DNA from: Prorocentrum cordatum
Lineage: Eukaryota
Length of the DNA: 63,965 nucleotides
Assembly (NCBI GenBank): GCA_963575745.1
Contig: CAUYUJ010000152.1
Span: 1 to 63,965, forward strand
Direction: 5' to 3'
Below the pieces are notes generated by a model. The model saw only the letters and a program-made list of their open reading frames with translations, ran no database searches and was not told the DNA's origin. The position numbers and the translations under genes were made by a program. Shown one piece after another: positions 25,750 through 39,359 of this stretch. The stretch's first letter is position 1. Each line of letters begins with the position of its first letter.

Positions 25750-28700
25750 CGGTTGCCTGACGCCGCGTCTGGCAACCGCTCCCCACCTCCCAGTGCGCAA
25801 TCTGTGAAGCGTTGCCGGCTCCTGCCGCATAGAGTCGACAGCTTCTCCTCCGTGGTTGCTAGCTTCGCCTCATGGGGCTTGTCGGCCCATTTCGTGTCAA
25901 AGAAGCGTGGCCCCAGGAGGTTGGTCAGACGTCGGTGTCGACGATGACGCCTAACAAGCCGCCGAGGAGGTCGGTGCTGGCCAGGTAGTACGGCGAGTCG
26001 GCTGGAGAACTTGTGCCTGTATCGGGCGAAGTAGGCCGCCGCGGGACCGCCGGTCAGCACGGCGGCGCGTGCAGGTCCAGGTGGGCGCCGTAGGGTAGTA
26101 CCGCCACATCCGCGGCGGACGTGAAACTGGAAGCGCTGCCCGGTGACTGCAGAAGGTCGTGCGTGGAGTCCTGGGTGCTTGTGCTGGCCGAGGAGGAGGA
26201 GGAGGAGGAGGAGGAGGAGGAGGAGGAGGAGGGGGAGGAGGGGGAGGAGGAGGAGGAGGAGGAGGAGGAGGAGGGGGAGGTATGAGGTTCTGCTGTGGTG
26301 GGGTCTCCTGAGGCACGTCGTCGCCCGGTGCCGAACGGACCGGCACCGCGGGCGCCGGGCCCGTCGGATGAGGGTCTACGGCACGGGCCGGCGCCATAGG
26401 CGCCGGACGCGTCGAAACATGATCTGCACCAATGAAGCGGAGGTCGGCGATGACGTTGACTGGGCCTCGGCACGCCAGGCCAGTGCACCGAGTGATCGGT
26501 GCTCTGCATCGGTTGCACATGGCATGTCTGGTGCAAGATGTGGCGGCGTTGTAGGCGTACTTCTCTCTCTCTCTCTCTCTCCCTCCGTGTAAGATCGAAA
26601 CAACAAAGCACTCTCCGTCGTCGCCATAGGATTTGTACGGCTTTCTGTCCACCTCTGTGCGGCCTGGCGTCGCTGCTCGTCCTGTTGTCGCAAGAGCTCT
26701 AGCGCTGGCTGTGTGCTGTGGAGCTCGTCGAGGTGCCGTCGCTGCGTGTTGTCGAGAGAGGTGTGCACGCTGTGTTCGGATCGGCCGCCGCCCGACACCC
26801 AGGCCTCGCGGCCGGCGAACCACATGGCCACTCTCCCCGATGGCTGGCTCACGTTGATGGGTACGTTCTCGCCGAAGAAAGCCAGATCTTGGGATCCTCC
26901 GGCGCTGGCGGCTCCTCTGCTGCTAGTGCGGATTGTGGTGGCCACGTGGAGTTTGATCCATATGGCGCGCTGATGCCGAGAGCTGAGACTGATGGCGTGC
27001 AAACCCAGTTCGGCAACTGCACGTCGGCACGTGGGGTCAGAGGCGCGGCGACTCGTGCGTTGACGTCGCCTACCTTGTCGCGCACTGGAGCGTGCCCCTG
27101 TGGGAATGCACCGCCCGCGCCTGTCCACCGTGGTGGTGTCTGTTGTGGCGGTGTTGCTGATGCTGCGGGGGCCGCGGGTGCTTTGGGCGCGGCTGGTGCT
27201 GCGCCCCCCCGCTCCTGCAGCACGGGCCGGCAGCGCAGATGCCGGGCCCGCAGGTCGAGCGGAGTCCTGCTGCGCGCGCAGACGCCGCAGCTCGGTCTCG
27301 TGCGGGCTGGGAGAGGACGAGGAGTACGAGGTCCTCGCCCAGCTCGACCAGCGGCAGAGGACGAGGAGTACGAGGTCCTCGCCCAGCTCGACCAGCGGCT
27401 GTGGCCCACTGCCTGCCACGAGCCGCCCGAGGGCGCACTGGGCGCTGCTGCAGTGGGCGGCCGCGGCGCTGCCGCCGCTGGAGTCGGCCGCCCGCCGCCC
27501 CACAGACTGTCGCTCTGCGCTGGATCACCTCCGCTGGGGCCCCCGGTCACAGACTGGGGAGTCCCAGAGGTGTCCCTGGTCATCCAAGCCGCGCATGCGC
27601 CTGGCGCGGGTTGCTGCGCTGCTGTGAAGGGGCCCTGGGACACACAAGTACATACACACACGTAAACATATTCCCTATATTTTCGTACATTTTCCTGGGA
27701 ATCGACGATTAATTGTGTCAGTGTGTTTTTTCCACTTTTGATGCTGGTCCAGGCGCCCCCTGATATCCCAGATGTGGAAGTGGTGATGCTGCTGAGGATG
27801 GGGCGTTGAGGAAGAGAGCGCTCCCCTCCTGCTGGCGGCGCCGGGGGCAGTCGCGCACGAGGTGCTCCTCGGACTCGCACTCGTGGCACTTAAGACGCAC
27901 CCCGTCAGGACCCAATGGGTGGCCTTAGCGGCCTGAACCCATGCCGCCGGTCCTGAACTTCCCCTTCCCCGTGCCGTGTCCCTCCGAAAGCCAGCGAAAG
28001 CTTCCAGGAAGTCTTTCTCGGACATGTCGGCCAAGCAGGCGCGGTGGCCTTTGCCGTGGCCTTTGCCCTTGCGTTTGATGGCCCTCAATGCGCGGCGAGT
28101 GGGCTTGCGGTATCGTCGGCCCAAAAGAGGTGTGCGCCGCGATGTTCCATTGGAACGTCGCGTAGCTCGGGGTCGTCGGCAATAATCTCTTCGCCAGCTG
28201 CGCTGGTGGCGTCGCAGTCGGTGCCCGAGTCGACCCCTGCTTCTGGGTATGCCACCTGTTCTTAGGATGCCGTGCCGGTGTCGTCGGCGGCTGATGCTGC
28301 AGGTGGGCTCGGCGCCGCTCCCAGGGCACAGGGGCCCATGCCACCCCGGCTCGATCCGGCCGTAGCGCCACAGGCACTCTGAGCCTGATCTTGCGTGGGC
28401 GTACATGCGTGAAGAACGCGTGGCGTTGGCTCGAGTGAACGGCCGTGGCGGGGTTGCCCGGCGAGCCCTCGGCCACGCGCCCAAACTGTCGCAGCTGGCC
28501 GGTCATGCGCGACAGCTGCTGAGCAATCGTGGGTTAAGCCATGGTGAATTGGGTGTTGGGTGATGGGATCTGAATCCCCGCTGCGAGACGCTCCCGCTAG
28601 AACAGAAGCTAGGGCCGTCTTGGGTTGCCCCGCGTGGCTGAGGAACTTGCCTTGCGAGACTCTGGCCACATCCTCTCGGCCCTTCTTGGAAAGGGCCGAG

Positions 28701-28900
28701 CAACCAGCAGCAGACTGGCGGCCATCAACGGTGGCCGCACGACCGCAATGGCGGCAACACGCACACACACGCCGACACGGTCCCTGGACTCGAGTCGATG
28801 GGACCCGTGCAGAGATAGCTCACGCACTTCGACGGGTCCAGGAGCCGATAGCAGAACCGAGGTCGGAGGCGGACGACGCCGACGATGACGGCGGCGACCA
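25750..28900 (-). mobile_element. Decayed Ty1/copia-like LTR retrotransposon gag plus protease remnant
   Basis: KGKGHGKG-rich stretch followed by NPLGPDGVRLKCHECESEEHLVRDCP (CX2CX4HX4C zinc knuckle, ~27845-27925); GVIVDTD aspartic-protease-like motif near 25930-25960. No LTRs recognised. Confidence 0.7.
27625..27741. mobile_element. MITE family C, copy 3 (5-bp TSD TGCTG), inserted in gag
   Basis: TGCTG|TGAAGGGG...CTTTTGA|TGCTG; removal joins ..GAPGPA to AQQPAPG.. in frame. Confidence 0.85.
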
Positions 28901-28995
28901 CAGACGGTGAGCAGCGCTTGCGGGTGCTGCGGGAGGCTCGCGGGCGCCTCGCTCCTCGTTCTCCTCGTCCTCTTCGCTCTGCTCCTCCTCCTCCT

Positions 28996-29141
<146 letters not shown>

Positions 29142-29521
29142 GCATCATCAGCATCAGCATCATCAGCATCATCAGCATCATCAGCATCATCAGCATCAGC
29201 ATCAGCATCATCAGCATCAGCATCAGCATCAGCATCAGCATCAGCATCAGCATCAGCATCATCATCATCATCATCATCATCATCACCATCATCATCATCA
29301 CTTGTCTTCTCCCGCTGCTCCTGCTCTCCCTCGCTCGTTCGGCATCGATCAGTTGACCCTGCCCTGGCTCCTCCTTACCCTTTTCTTTTGTGGCGGCTGA
29401 TGTTATCGTTTGCTGGCATCCAATGGGCGCGATACACTACTAAGAGGAAGATCTTGCGAAGGACGACGCGAAGTCGAGGAAAGAGGAGGGTGAGGGGGAG
29501 GAGGAGGAGGAGGAGGAGGAG

Positions 29522-29555
<34 letters not shown>

Positions 29556-29998
29556 ACGTACGACGACGACGGGCGACCGAGGTAGAGGGTAATCGGCGAC
29601 AGCGGCGGCGGCGACGACTACGCCGAAGACAGCAGCCACTGGCCCAGCCCGTGCCGCCTTTGCCGCCGCCCATCTTGTTGCGAGAAGACTTCCCGCGCTC
29701 CATCGTGCCTGAAGGAGCCAGCCATGGTGGGCGGGCAGGAGGGGGAGAGGACTATGACGATGGCGTCATCATGGGTGTTGTCTTCGTCCTCGTCCTCGTC
29801 GTCGCCACCGTCAGCGTCGTCGCCACCGCCATCGCCATCGAAAGGGTGCCTTTTGTCCGTCCTGCCCCCCCCCCCGCCTCCCGGATGTTGGTGATTCAAG
29901 CAAGGCTCCCGCTCCGAGCAAGACCTCCCCTTCATCCTCCTCCCTCCCTACCTCCCCCGCTCTCCTCATCCTGCTGCTGCGGCTCCTCCACAACCTCC

Positions 29999-30030
29999 TC
30001 CGTAGCCATTTTGGCTCAAGCCATTTCAAG
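29999..30030 (+). other. Relict spliced leader (perfect 22-mer) followed by a truncated second relic
   Basis: TCCGTAGCCATTTTGGCTCAAG immediately followed by CCATTTCAAG. Confidence 0.95.
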
Positions 30031-30290
30031 TAAACCATCTGTCAAGGCAGCTGGCCAGGTCAGCTTCTGTCGGGCTCGCGGCGAGCAGCCAACACCAAGG
30101 CTCGTGCGAGGCCCAATCCTGATCAGCCTCTTATGTACACTCCTTACAACTATGTCGAATAGAATGCCATGGGTACATAAGGCCCGGGACGGGCAACACA
30201 CGAAGCCCGAGTACTTGGTTTGGCCAGCGTGTCCCCGCACACGGACCTGGGCAGGAAGAGCGCGCAGAAATCCCACTTGCAAACGCGGGA

Positions 30291-30471
30291 CTCGCCATCG
30301 CTCGGACGTCCATATCCTGTGTTTTTTTTCGGTTTCGTGCGTTTTTATTCTTTTTTTATATTATTAGTATTATTATTATATATATATATATATTGTTTTT
30401 ACCAAATGGTCGAGGATGCTCCTCGAAGGTCCTCGCCGACAGAAAAATGCACACGTCCGAGCGATGCCGAG
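30291..30471. mobile_element. MITE family J, copy 2 (4-bp TSD GGGA)
   Basis: GGGA|CTCGCCATCGCTCGGACGT...ACGTCCGAGCGATGCCGAG|GGGA. Confidence 0.88.
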
Positions 30472-30601
30472 GGGACACTGTGGCCAGCAGGTGAGTCTTC
30501 AGGAGTGGGGCGGTTCTCGCACGAGCGGCCGAGGCGTCGTACCCCGCTCAAGGCACCTTCGCGCGTTGTTTACGAGAAGGAGCAGATCGATCAAGCCAAT
30601 C

Positions 30602-30796
30602 TCGGGTCGGGCGAAAGGGGGGGATAGCAAAGGGGGGGTTTGAGAATCAGCTCACGTAGCTGATTTTCCCGGCGCCTCCCGGCGCCGGAGGCGGCTATGT
30701 ATCGAGGAATGGGCCCCTCGGTGAGGCCGAAACCAGCTGCATGCAGCAAATTTCGTAACCCCCCCTTTCCCAATCCCCCCCTTTCGTCTGGCCCGA
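30602..30796. mobile_element. MITE family D, copy 1 (5-bp TSD CAATC)
   Basis: CAATC|TCGGGTCGGGCGAAAGGGGGGGAT...ATCCCCCCCTTTCGTCTGGCCCGA|CAATC; near-identical to 55348-55543. Confidence 0.92.
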
Positions 30797-31029
30797 CAAT
30801 CACTGTGAAACAGATTCTCAATCTTCGCATAGTGAGAACGATTCGGATACAGAGATACAATACGACGCTCACTCAGATAGACGGCCCAACCAGGCCTCTT
30901 GCTCAAACCGTCAGATGTCGTGGAGCCAATTTAGAAGCAGGTCATTCCGTGCATCTGTCGATAGCTTGCAGCGGTCGAAGAGTCGGCCCAAAAACATTGC
31001 AGAACGCAGGGGTAACCTCACATAATTTC

Positions 31030-32700
31030 GAACCCGCAGTCTTAGTGCGCAGTTGAGAGCCGTGGAGGTAGAACTCCTCAAGTCTCAAACGCGCAAAGAA
31101 GATTAACATCGCATCCAAGCACTTCGACAGCAATTTTCAGAACAACAGGATGTACTTCGCAGTATGAAGGACGATTGTCAGAGTGCTCAGGGAAACAACT
31201 CCCGAAGTTCAGAGCCGCAGGGACCAGGAAGGTCAGAAAACGCACGCCTCTAAGTCCAAGCAGACGCCCTCAGAGCACAAGAAGCTCAAGGATAAAGGCC
31301 AAACATCGAATGCGAAGCTCTTCTTCCATATCGCACTGAGCAGGTACCCATTTCTTCCACATCGTACTGAGCAGGTACACATTAGAACAGGGTAGACACC
31401 TGCAATAGACGGTTCTAGTACAGAAGGGTATCAATACACATTTCATGTCGCACAGGGAAGTCTCCCACAAAATCTGGTTCCAACAATTGGGTCAGATGGT
31501 TTACGGTATGACATGTGCACTGCGACGGCAGTGTTTTTTATTGGCCTGTGTTTGAACGTCTGTAGCCTGGACGTGTCAAGGCCGATTGCAGATTCAGCTA
31601 GACGCGAGAGATGTTGCGACGGCTATGGATATTTTCAGTTTTCTGTAGCACCATATGGTTTCTCGCAGAATCGCAGAAATAGATACATGTATAACTTTGA
31701 GGAAGAATCCTCGGTCCACACACGTATCGCATCAGGTGCTGGTTAGCAAGCCGTGCTGTGGACTCATGCGGTAGAAGCCTAAGAGGTAGCATCCTCGTAA
31801 CAATTTTTGGCATAGCAAGCTGTGCTTGGAAGCGCCCGTGGGAGTAGTTTACCCCGGTTTCAATGGCACAACTCTTACAGCCAAGTGCCGATGCAGGCAA
31901 CATGTCCGTGTGGATTAGTTTTTTCTCGGTTTCACTGCATAGTCACCCTGTCCTATCCCTGCCTCCTCACCTCAAAAGAGGCTGCAATTAAATCTCGACG
32001 GCGCCCTGCTGGCTGGAAACATGTGCGTTGGATCAGAAGCAGCTGGACCATCTAGACATCACACAAAGGAAAATGCCCCGGCGAATCGTCGGCTGGGTGT
32101 TCGAGGATAGCGATTCGTGGGAAGATGCTGGCCGCAGAATAAAGCAGAGGCTCGAATCTGCCAGGCGCCTGCACGTCATTGCAGATTGATCTTCGGTTGT
32201 ATCAAAGCGCAAGAAGAATTTGTTGAGTCGTCTGATGTTCCACCGTCGCTGAGTAAACTAGCGCACAAAAATGGTCCCCTACTGCGTGTGCGGCGCTGAA
32301 CAACAATCCGCCGCATCGTGCAAGAGGCCAGCCGCGGCGTCGCTGGTTTGACGACGTGTAGCTCTGACGGTGCATTGTTCTTATCTTCCACCCGAGCTCT
32401 GCACAGGGCCGACTTGATCGATCGGGCGCAACGCAACGCAACGGCGCCCTGCGAAGTCAGGGAAAATACGACCGTCAACACCAGATTCCCCTCCCTGTCT
32501 CCTTCCTCCCGTAACAGCTTCAGCCGAGGTTGGCGCCCATGGGAAGCTGTGCAGGCAACTTCCTTCCCCTACCTTGTCCTGACACGGCAACGCCGTCCAA
32601 GAAAATCCAAACCTGCTGGTTGGCATTTAGGGGACGGCTGGAGTTGGGTCTGGGTATCAAGGGAGCGGGGGGAAATTAGGCGGGATGGAATCCAGAGGGA
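31030..32700 (-). mobile_element. Possible very old LINE RT fragment
   Basis: Unique, lower-GC sequence with weak motif traces (RRGIFL, SQQGAV, IFFARLRL); no clean YADD seen. Confidence 0.35.
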
Positions 32701-33104
32701 ACCAATCGAAGAACTGGTAGTCACACAACCCTAATTGGGTAGCTCATCTTTGAAAGAACACGTTTCACGGGCGCTTGCCTGGGGAACATTCGGCGGCGGG
32801 TTTCGAACCGGGGGGTGGGCCCCCCCCCAGCACTCGGCGCCGTCGATCAAAACCAGGGGGGCCCCCCTCCCCCCCAACCCCCCCCCCACCCGCACCCTCC
32901 CCCCTCCCAAGGGGGGGGAGGGGGGTTTCAAACCCCCACACCCCCGTCCTCGGCGCCGGCGCCGGCGCTGGCGGCCGCCAGCAGCGCCCACGGCGGGGAC
33001 GCAGCGACGATGACCATAGGCAGCCCAGGGGGGTGGGGAGGTTCAAACCCCCCCCTCCCACCCCCGCCCCTCGCGCCGGCGACGGCGGCGGGGACGCAGC
33101 GACA

Positions 33105-33435
33105 TTTACCACCACTACCACCACCACCACTACCACCACCACCAACACCGCCTCAACAAACCACCACCACCACCACCACCACCACCAACAGCACCACACA
33201 ACCACCACCACCACCACAGCCACCACCACCACAACCACCACCACAACTCACCATCACCATCACCACCACCACCACCACAATAACCCACCACCACTACCAC
33301 CACCACCACCACAACCTACCACACCACCACCACCACCACCACCACCACCGCCACAACCATTACCATTACCAGCAGCACAACCCACCACCACCACCACAAA
33401 CCACCACACCACCATCACCACCACCACCACAAACC
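33105..33435. repeat. (CCA)n microsatellite
   Basis: Directly visible. Confidence 0.95.
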
Positions 33436-34299
33436 ACCGTCGTCCTCGTCGACGCTCCCCGCCACCGCTGCCCGCCGCCGCCGGCGCTGGCGCCGGCCCT
33501 GAAATCCAAATCGTCGTCCCCGCCGCCGTCGCCAGCCGCCGCCGACACAAGCGCCGGCCCGAGGAGAGGGGACGCAGAGGAGGGAGGGGGGGGGGGTGGG
33601 GGGGTTCGAACCTCCCACCCCTCCGTCACGGGAGGGGGGGGGGTTCCCCCCAGGGGGGGGGGAGGGTGTCCTGTTTCCCCCCCCCCCTCCAAGCGACCAC
33701 AGGACACGCCCTTTCTCATCTTTTCTCCCTCCCTCCTGTTCCTTTCGTCTCATCTCTCTCTCTCTCTCTTTTTGTCTGGGGGCGTTTAGGGGCCGAATTC
33801 GCATCGGCAACGCTGTGGGAAACTTTTCACACGTCAATTGCTGGCATATTCAGCCCACCTGGCATTACTCATTCCCCTGAAGCGAAGATCAAACAAAAAG
33901 GTCCTTCACCTCCTCCCTCATCCCCCCTTCTGATTCGAATCCGTGTGTATATATGTGTACACATATAAGAAATCATTATGTGCACGAGCGCACTCACTGG
34001 AATCTGTGTTGTACGTGCGATACGCACGAGCGTGCGACACGAACATCGACTACAACTCCACACGTGCATGTATACATTTATACGCATACATGTACGACTG
34101 CATCTGAACATTCGTTTATATATGTATATGCAGACGCATATGTATATGCACATGCACATATACATATAAGCCATTCATTTCATACATTTCTTGCGGGTTC
34201 CCATTCTCTGTTGTTTGGAAGGGTTGCAATGAGGAGCACTCCATGTTGTCCATGTTCGGCAATTCGTAGTCTCTGTTGGTGAAGCTTTGTGTTCATAAA

Positions 34300-34900
34300 T
34301 ATTGCGCATGTTGCAAAATTCTCGTTCTCTGCTACTGAAATTTGGTGACGGAAAACAACGCATTCCCCAGTCTGGTAGGTTTCCATTGTCTGTTCTTGAA
34401 CCGAGCAATGCGAACCAATCCACTTTTGCCTTTTCCTGGGATATTGATATTCGGTTTTTGAAATTTGGCGGTGATGACGATGTTGCAGATTTTTGGTGAG
34501 TGTTCTTCTCTGTTCTGAAGTTTGGGAATGCAGGAACAGGAAACGTTGCCCATTTGCGGTTGATTGTCATTTTGTATTTTAAAATGTGCTTGAAAAGACA
34601 GCAACCCATTTTGGCCAATTGGAGAGATGTCCACTCTCTGTTTTTTTGAAACTTGCCGGTGAGAACAATCAAGTTTGCACATGTGGGAAGATGTTCACTT
34701 CCCTGTTGCTAGAATTCGGTAATGCAAATCAATGTTGCACACGTTGGTAAATTTCCATGCTCTGTTCTGAAATCCGGCAATAAAGGACAATCTATATTGC
34801 TAGTTTGGGGAGGTGTCCTTTCTCTGCTTTTGAAATTTGTCAGTCCAGAAACAAACCAATTTGAAACATGTGGAAGACTTTCATTATCATTTTTTTTGGG
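34300..34900. repeat. Degenerate ~60-bp AT-rich tandem repeat; second array at ~36780-37115
   Basis: Recurring CTCTGTTCTGAAATTTGGC..GTTGCACAT(T/G)TGG units. Confidence 0.7.
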
Positions 34901-35949
34901 GGGGCGCGCGAAGAATTCAAATTGCCTATTTATGGAATTGCCATTCTCACTTCCCCCTACTAAAAATTAAACAAAGAACCTGATGTCCCTGGAGGTTGGG
35001 ATCTGAAAACCATTTTCATTGTTTGTTTCTCAATTTCTGCAATGAAATAACATGCAGATCCGGACAACGTGAAGACCAAAGTGCGGGGGCCCGCGCAAAC
35101 GCCATGCGCCCCGCAACTCGAAATCCCATGCTGGAAAGTAGCGAACATGTCTCTTATTTTGAGGGGCAGGAGATGGGAGCGGACCGCGATAATATGCACA
35201 ATTCGCCTCGCCAGGCGCGCTGGCAAGTACCATGTCCGTCGCCAGGCAGCCCTATGAACGCGGCCGAAAGGCCAGTCGGTTGAGGACGGCTCCGGGCCTC
35301 GCCACGATTACGCAACTGCACATTGCAGGCGCCGGCAGGAGCGGACAAATCCTGCGCCCCCTGGACAGACAGACGCAAACAAAACGAGCTGCCCGCGACG
35401 ACTAACGCCCCAATGCCCGGGTGAGCGGACCAGGGGGAGGAGGGGGTAGGCAGGGTAGAGGCGGGGGAGGAAGGAAGGGCGAATATGCGCGGGCACGCCC
35501 TCGCGCGATCGCGCCTGTCGGAATGCCCCGGGCCGTCGCGGCGGGGGCAGCGGAGCGAAGCCCGCGTTCAGCAAGTAGAGGCCCGCGACGGGGTAGTCGG
35601 CGGGCGCGCGCCCGCGACGTGCGCGCGAGAGAAGGAGAGGAATAAGGTCATGTCATGTAGCTGATTTGCAACATTACGTCGGCCACGATCTGCGCCGCCA
35701 CGTCTGCGGCGCGCAAGTGGAATGGCCGAGGGCGCGGGCCGCCTTGAGCACCGCTGGCTCCTCCCGCGCGCGCGCGTCTCGAAGAGCCCCGATGAGGAAC
35801 GAATGCTCCGCGGGGGGGGCGGTCGAGAATCGAGGAGGAGGAGGAGGAGGAGGAGGAGGAGGAGGAGGGGGAGGAGGAGGGAGGATCGAGGATCGAGGAG
35901 GGATAGAAGAGGATGAGGAGGAGGAGGAGGAGCAGGAGGAGGAGGAGGA

Positions 35950-36720
35950 GGCTGACTCCCGAAAGCGTTGCGCCCAGATGCCCCCGGCGCCGCTGGCGCC
36001 CCCGCGGCGCGCGGCGCTCGCGGCGCGGAGCGTCGCGCGCAGGCGCGAAGCCTTCGCCGCGAAGAGGCCCCGCTGGCTCGCGGAGGAGGAGGAGGAGGCG
36101 GTCAGGGAGGAAGAGGAGGAGCGTCTAGATGCCTTGATGCGTGCTTACTGGGAGCGCCTGGGAGCGCCTGGGGGCGCTTGGGGGCGCCTGGGAGCTCCTG
36201 GGATCGCTTGGGAGCGCCTGGGAGCACCTGGGAGCGCCTGGGGGCGCCTGGGAGCGCCTGCAAAGACTGGCGCCAAGAGCAAGCAGCAAGACGTCGCCCA
36301 GCTTCCAGCCGAGGCGCGCTGGTGCGAGGCGCGCGCGACTGAGCGCCAGCTGCTCCACAATCGGGCAGCGCGCGCAGCGACGAAGCGAATCCTGGCCCCG
36401 TCGGCGCTGGAAAAAGGTAGTCCCTGGTGGAGTTCGCGCGGGCGCCCGCGGCCCAGCCGTCGCAAAGAGCCCGAAGCACCGCGGCCCAGACGCACGGGGA
36501 AACCTTCTTCTTCGTGCCCAACAACGCGCGCATTGCCCTGTCCACCCTCCTGCCCGGCAGAGGACGATCCAGCTGGCGACGTAGGCGTCGATGGAGAAGC
36601 GCCGCGTCGCGATGCTGGAGAACGTCGACGCGTCGCCGTTGCCGCCGCCCCCGCGGCGCATCGGCTGCTTCTCCGTCGCGAAGGAGCTCTTCTACAGGTG
36701 CCCTGCTCCCATAAGCTCTT
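35950..36720 (-). mobile_element. LINE ORF2 C-terminal fragment (zinc-knuckle region), interrupted by a CTGGGAGCGC 10-mer array (36149-36260)
   Basis: LPGRRVDRAM..VWAAVLRALCDGW..GQDSLRRCARCPIV, matching the GW.T..R / DS..HY..CP pattern of LINE C-termini. Confidence 0.55.
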
Positions 36721-38217
36721 CGGTCGAATTTGGCCTGGGCCCTTTCCAGACTGCGGAGGTAGGAGCTGCTGGCCCAGTCCATCCAGCCCAGAGGGATCTC
36801 GCCATGGTCAACCATGTTCATTCTCTGTTTTGAACTTTGATGGTGCATTCACATGTAGATTTGGTACGCGTTATACTTTTCCCAATATGGAGCAACAAAT
36901 TTTGCCCATGTTTGGACATTTGCATTCTCTGTCCTGGAAAGTTGGCGGTGAGAAGCAGATCGTCGGCAGATCGTCGTGGCCATTTTGGGGGATTTCCATT
37001 TGCTCTCTGTCAGATGGGGGAACGAAGAACTCCATGCTGCTCATTCCCGCAGATCTCCACTCTCTGATGTCGAAATGTGGTAATGCAAGAACGCCCCAGT
37101 TTGTCCATTTGGGGAGATGAACTCTCTCTCTCTCCTAGGGCTCCCAACTTCGCGCTTCGCGCTGCGCGAAGCGCGAAGCGCGAATAACTTCGCGCTCTCG
37201 CGCCGCCCTCCCAAAGGGAGAATAGGAGGACGAGGAGGAGGGGGAGAAGGAACGAGGACCGCGAAGCGCGAAGCGCGAATAACTTCGCGCCCTCGAGGGA
37301 ACCCTTGCTCCTCGCTTCCCCTCGTCCGTGGGGAGGGCAAAGGCCGGCCGCTGGGAGAGGCGCGCCTGGGGACGCGGCGCCCGGCGACGCCTGCAGGGCC
37401 GAGCGCCGCGCGCGCCGCCGCCGAGCGACGCCGCCGCCGTCGGTCGCGGCCGCGGGCCGCGGGCGGCCCTCGCCAACAACCAACAGCAAGAAGAGCACAC
37501 GACGATCAAAACGCAGATTCCTGGGTAGCTCTCCGAGAGATGAGAGGCTTTCAGATTACAGCTCCAAGAGGCCCCCAAGAGGCCCGAAATAGGCCCTGAG
37601 AGTCCCCCAAACTGCCCCCAAGGGGCGTCTACATTGTCTCCAAGATGCCTCCGAGAAGCCTCCCACGAGATCTTAGGGAACGTCCACTGGGCTTCATACC
37701 CACAGCCCAGGAGGCACGGTGGCGGGATGGGCCGAAGGCCTTTAGTTTAGAAGCTGGCAGCGCAAGGTATCCCGCGCCGGTCGAGGATCCCCGCATCAAC
37801 TCCTGTGAAGATGCAGCGTGTCCCGGAAGCGTTTTCCGATACGTTCCCTCGCCGCTTGCCGCAAGCCTTTCGGCAGCTCATTTGTAACGCTTCGGAAGCT
37901 CCTGCTACACTCCTTTCTCGAGCTTGAGAACTCCCCAGACACCGTTCCAAATGGTCTTGCAAACGTCTCTAATCAACTTTCACGCGCTTTGGACTGCACC
38001 TCTATCCGGGTTTTGGACGCCACAAGGGCGAGTACCCGTCGGTCGGAAGAAGTGGGCAGAAGCATGAAGTAGGAAGGCAATGAAAGTAGATTGGGCTTCC
38101 GCTCGCCCCTCCGAAGGGAAGGGAGGAGAAACAACCGCTCGATCCTTGAAGTAGGAATGCGCCGAAAATAGATTGGGATCTGAGAACCCACCTTACCTAC
38201 TTTCAACGACCGACTGG

Positions 38218-38362
38218 TACAGTCGGACGGACGCAAGACTCTTCCGACGGCAACGTGGCCCCAGAACGCCACAGGACCTGCGGGTTGCATCGGTCGGGGC
38301 AGATCGGAGACACGGGTACCCTCGATTTGGCACGGCCGACCTGCCAATCAGGGCCGACTGTA
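38218..38362. mobile_element. MITE family H copy (TA TSD)
   Basis: TA|CAGTCGG...CCGACTG|TA. Confidence 0.85.
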
Positions 38363-38645
38363 CGCTCCGTCTCTTCTCTTGCTCGTCCCAATGGTTGCGC
38401 AGCGGGGCTCTGCCTCGGGGCCCGCTCTGCTACCCGAGCAAACTACGCCGCCGCTGGCCGCTGGCGGCCCTCGGCCGTCGTCGGAAGCCATCGGCGGCCC
38501 GTGCAGCGGCGCAGCGGGCGGCGGTGGTCGTCGTCGCCGCTGCCGCCGCCGTCGTCCTCGAGCGTCCTGCGTCTGTCGTCGGCGTCGTCGGCGGAGCCGT
38601 CAGCGTCGGCGTCCGGCGGTCGGCCTCGCCCTTCCTCCTTCTCCC

Positions 38646-38876
38646 TTGGGCGCCCGAGTTATCCGGGGTAACTCGGGTCCGGGGTAACTCGGGTTTGGGT
38701 TCCCGAAAAACGAACCCGAGTTATCCCTGACCCGAGTTACCCCTGATGATTCGGGGCTCTTGGACGCCCGATTCATCCGGGGTAACTCGGGTCCGGGGTA
38801 ACTCGGGCTTGGGTTCCCGAAAAACGAACCCGAGTTATCCCTGACCCGAGTTACCCCTGATGATTCGGGGCTCTGA
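38646..38876. mobile_element. Family B element: 2 tandem palindromic units, 5-bp TSD CTCCC
   Basis: CTCCC|TTGGGCGCCCGAG...GGGGCTCTGA|CTCCC; 231 bp. Confidence 0.92.
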
Positions 38877-39359
38877 CTCCCCCTCATTCCCTGGTGGCAG
38901 CTCGAGTGCGCTACGGATGGTTCGAGCGCCGCCAGAGAGGCAGCAACCCTCGGTGGTTGAGGCCGTCAGGAGGCCTTCAGCGGACTCTGGCTGAAACTGC
39001 CCCGCTTCTATCGGGGAGAGGTGAGACTCGGGTTCAGGGGGCTCGGGTTGACCCGACGGGGCCATCACGAAAATGACGTGACCCAAACTGAAATTTGACG
39101 CGAACTCCCGCTGCAAACACCCCACCGAAAACTGGACCGTCAAAATCTGGACCGCGCTCGTCAAAAAGCGTCGGCAAACCCAAGTTCCGGCGTACTCGAG
39201 TCTTACGTCTCCCCATTCTTATCTTCTAAGAATCCAGACAAGCGCGTTCCACTGCTCGCAGAAGTAACTATTCGCAAATGGCCTGGACCCGGCGCGGGGG
39301 ATTTGCGATCTATGACATCGAGGCACGCATGTGTCTTGTTGGACGTGCGTTTGCGAATA

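Larger units (their letters stand above)
30152..31025 (+). pseudogene. SL-headed ORF interrupted by two MITEs; N-terminus resembles a degenerate Cys-rich LINE ORF1 start
   Basis: MSNRMPWVHK..YLVWPACPRTRTWAGRARRNPTCKR|GTLWP; the frame continues after removing 30291-30475 and 30602-30801. Confidence 0.5.
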
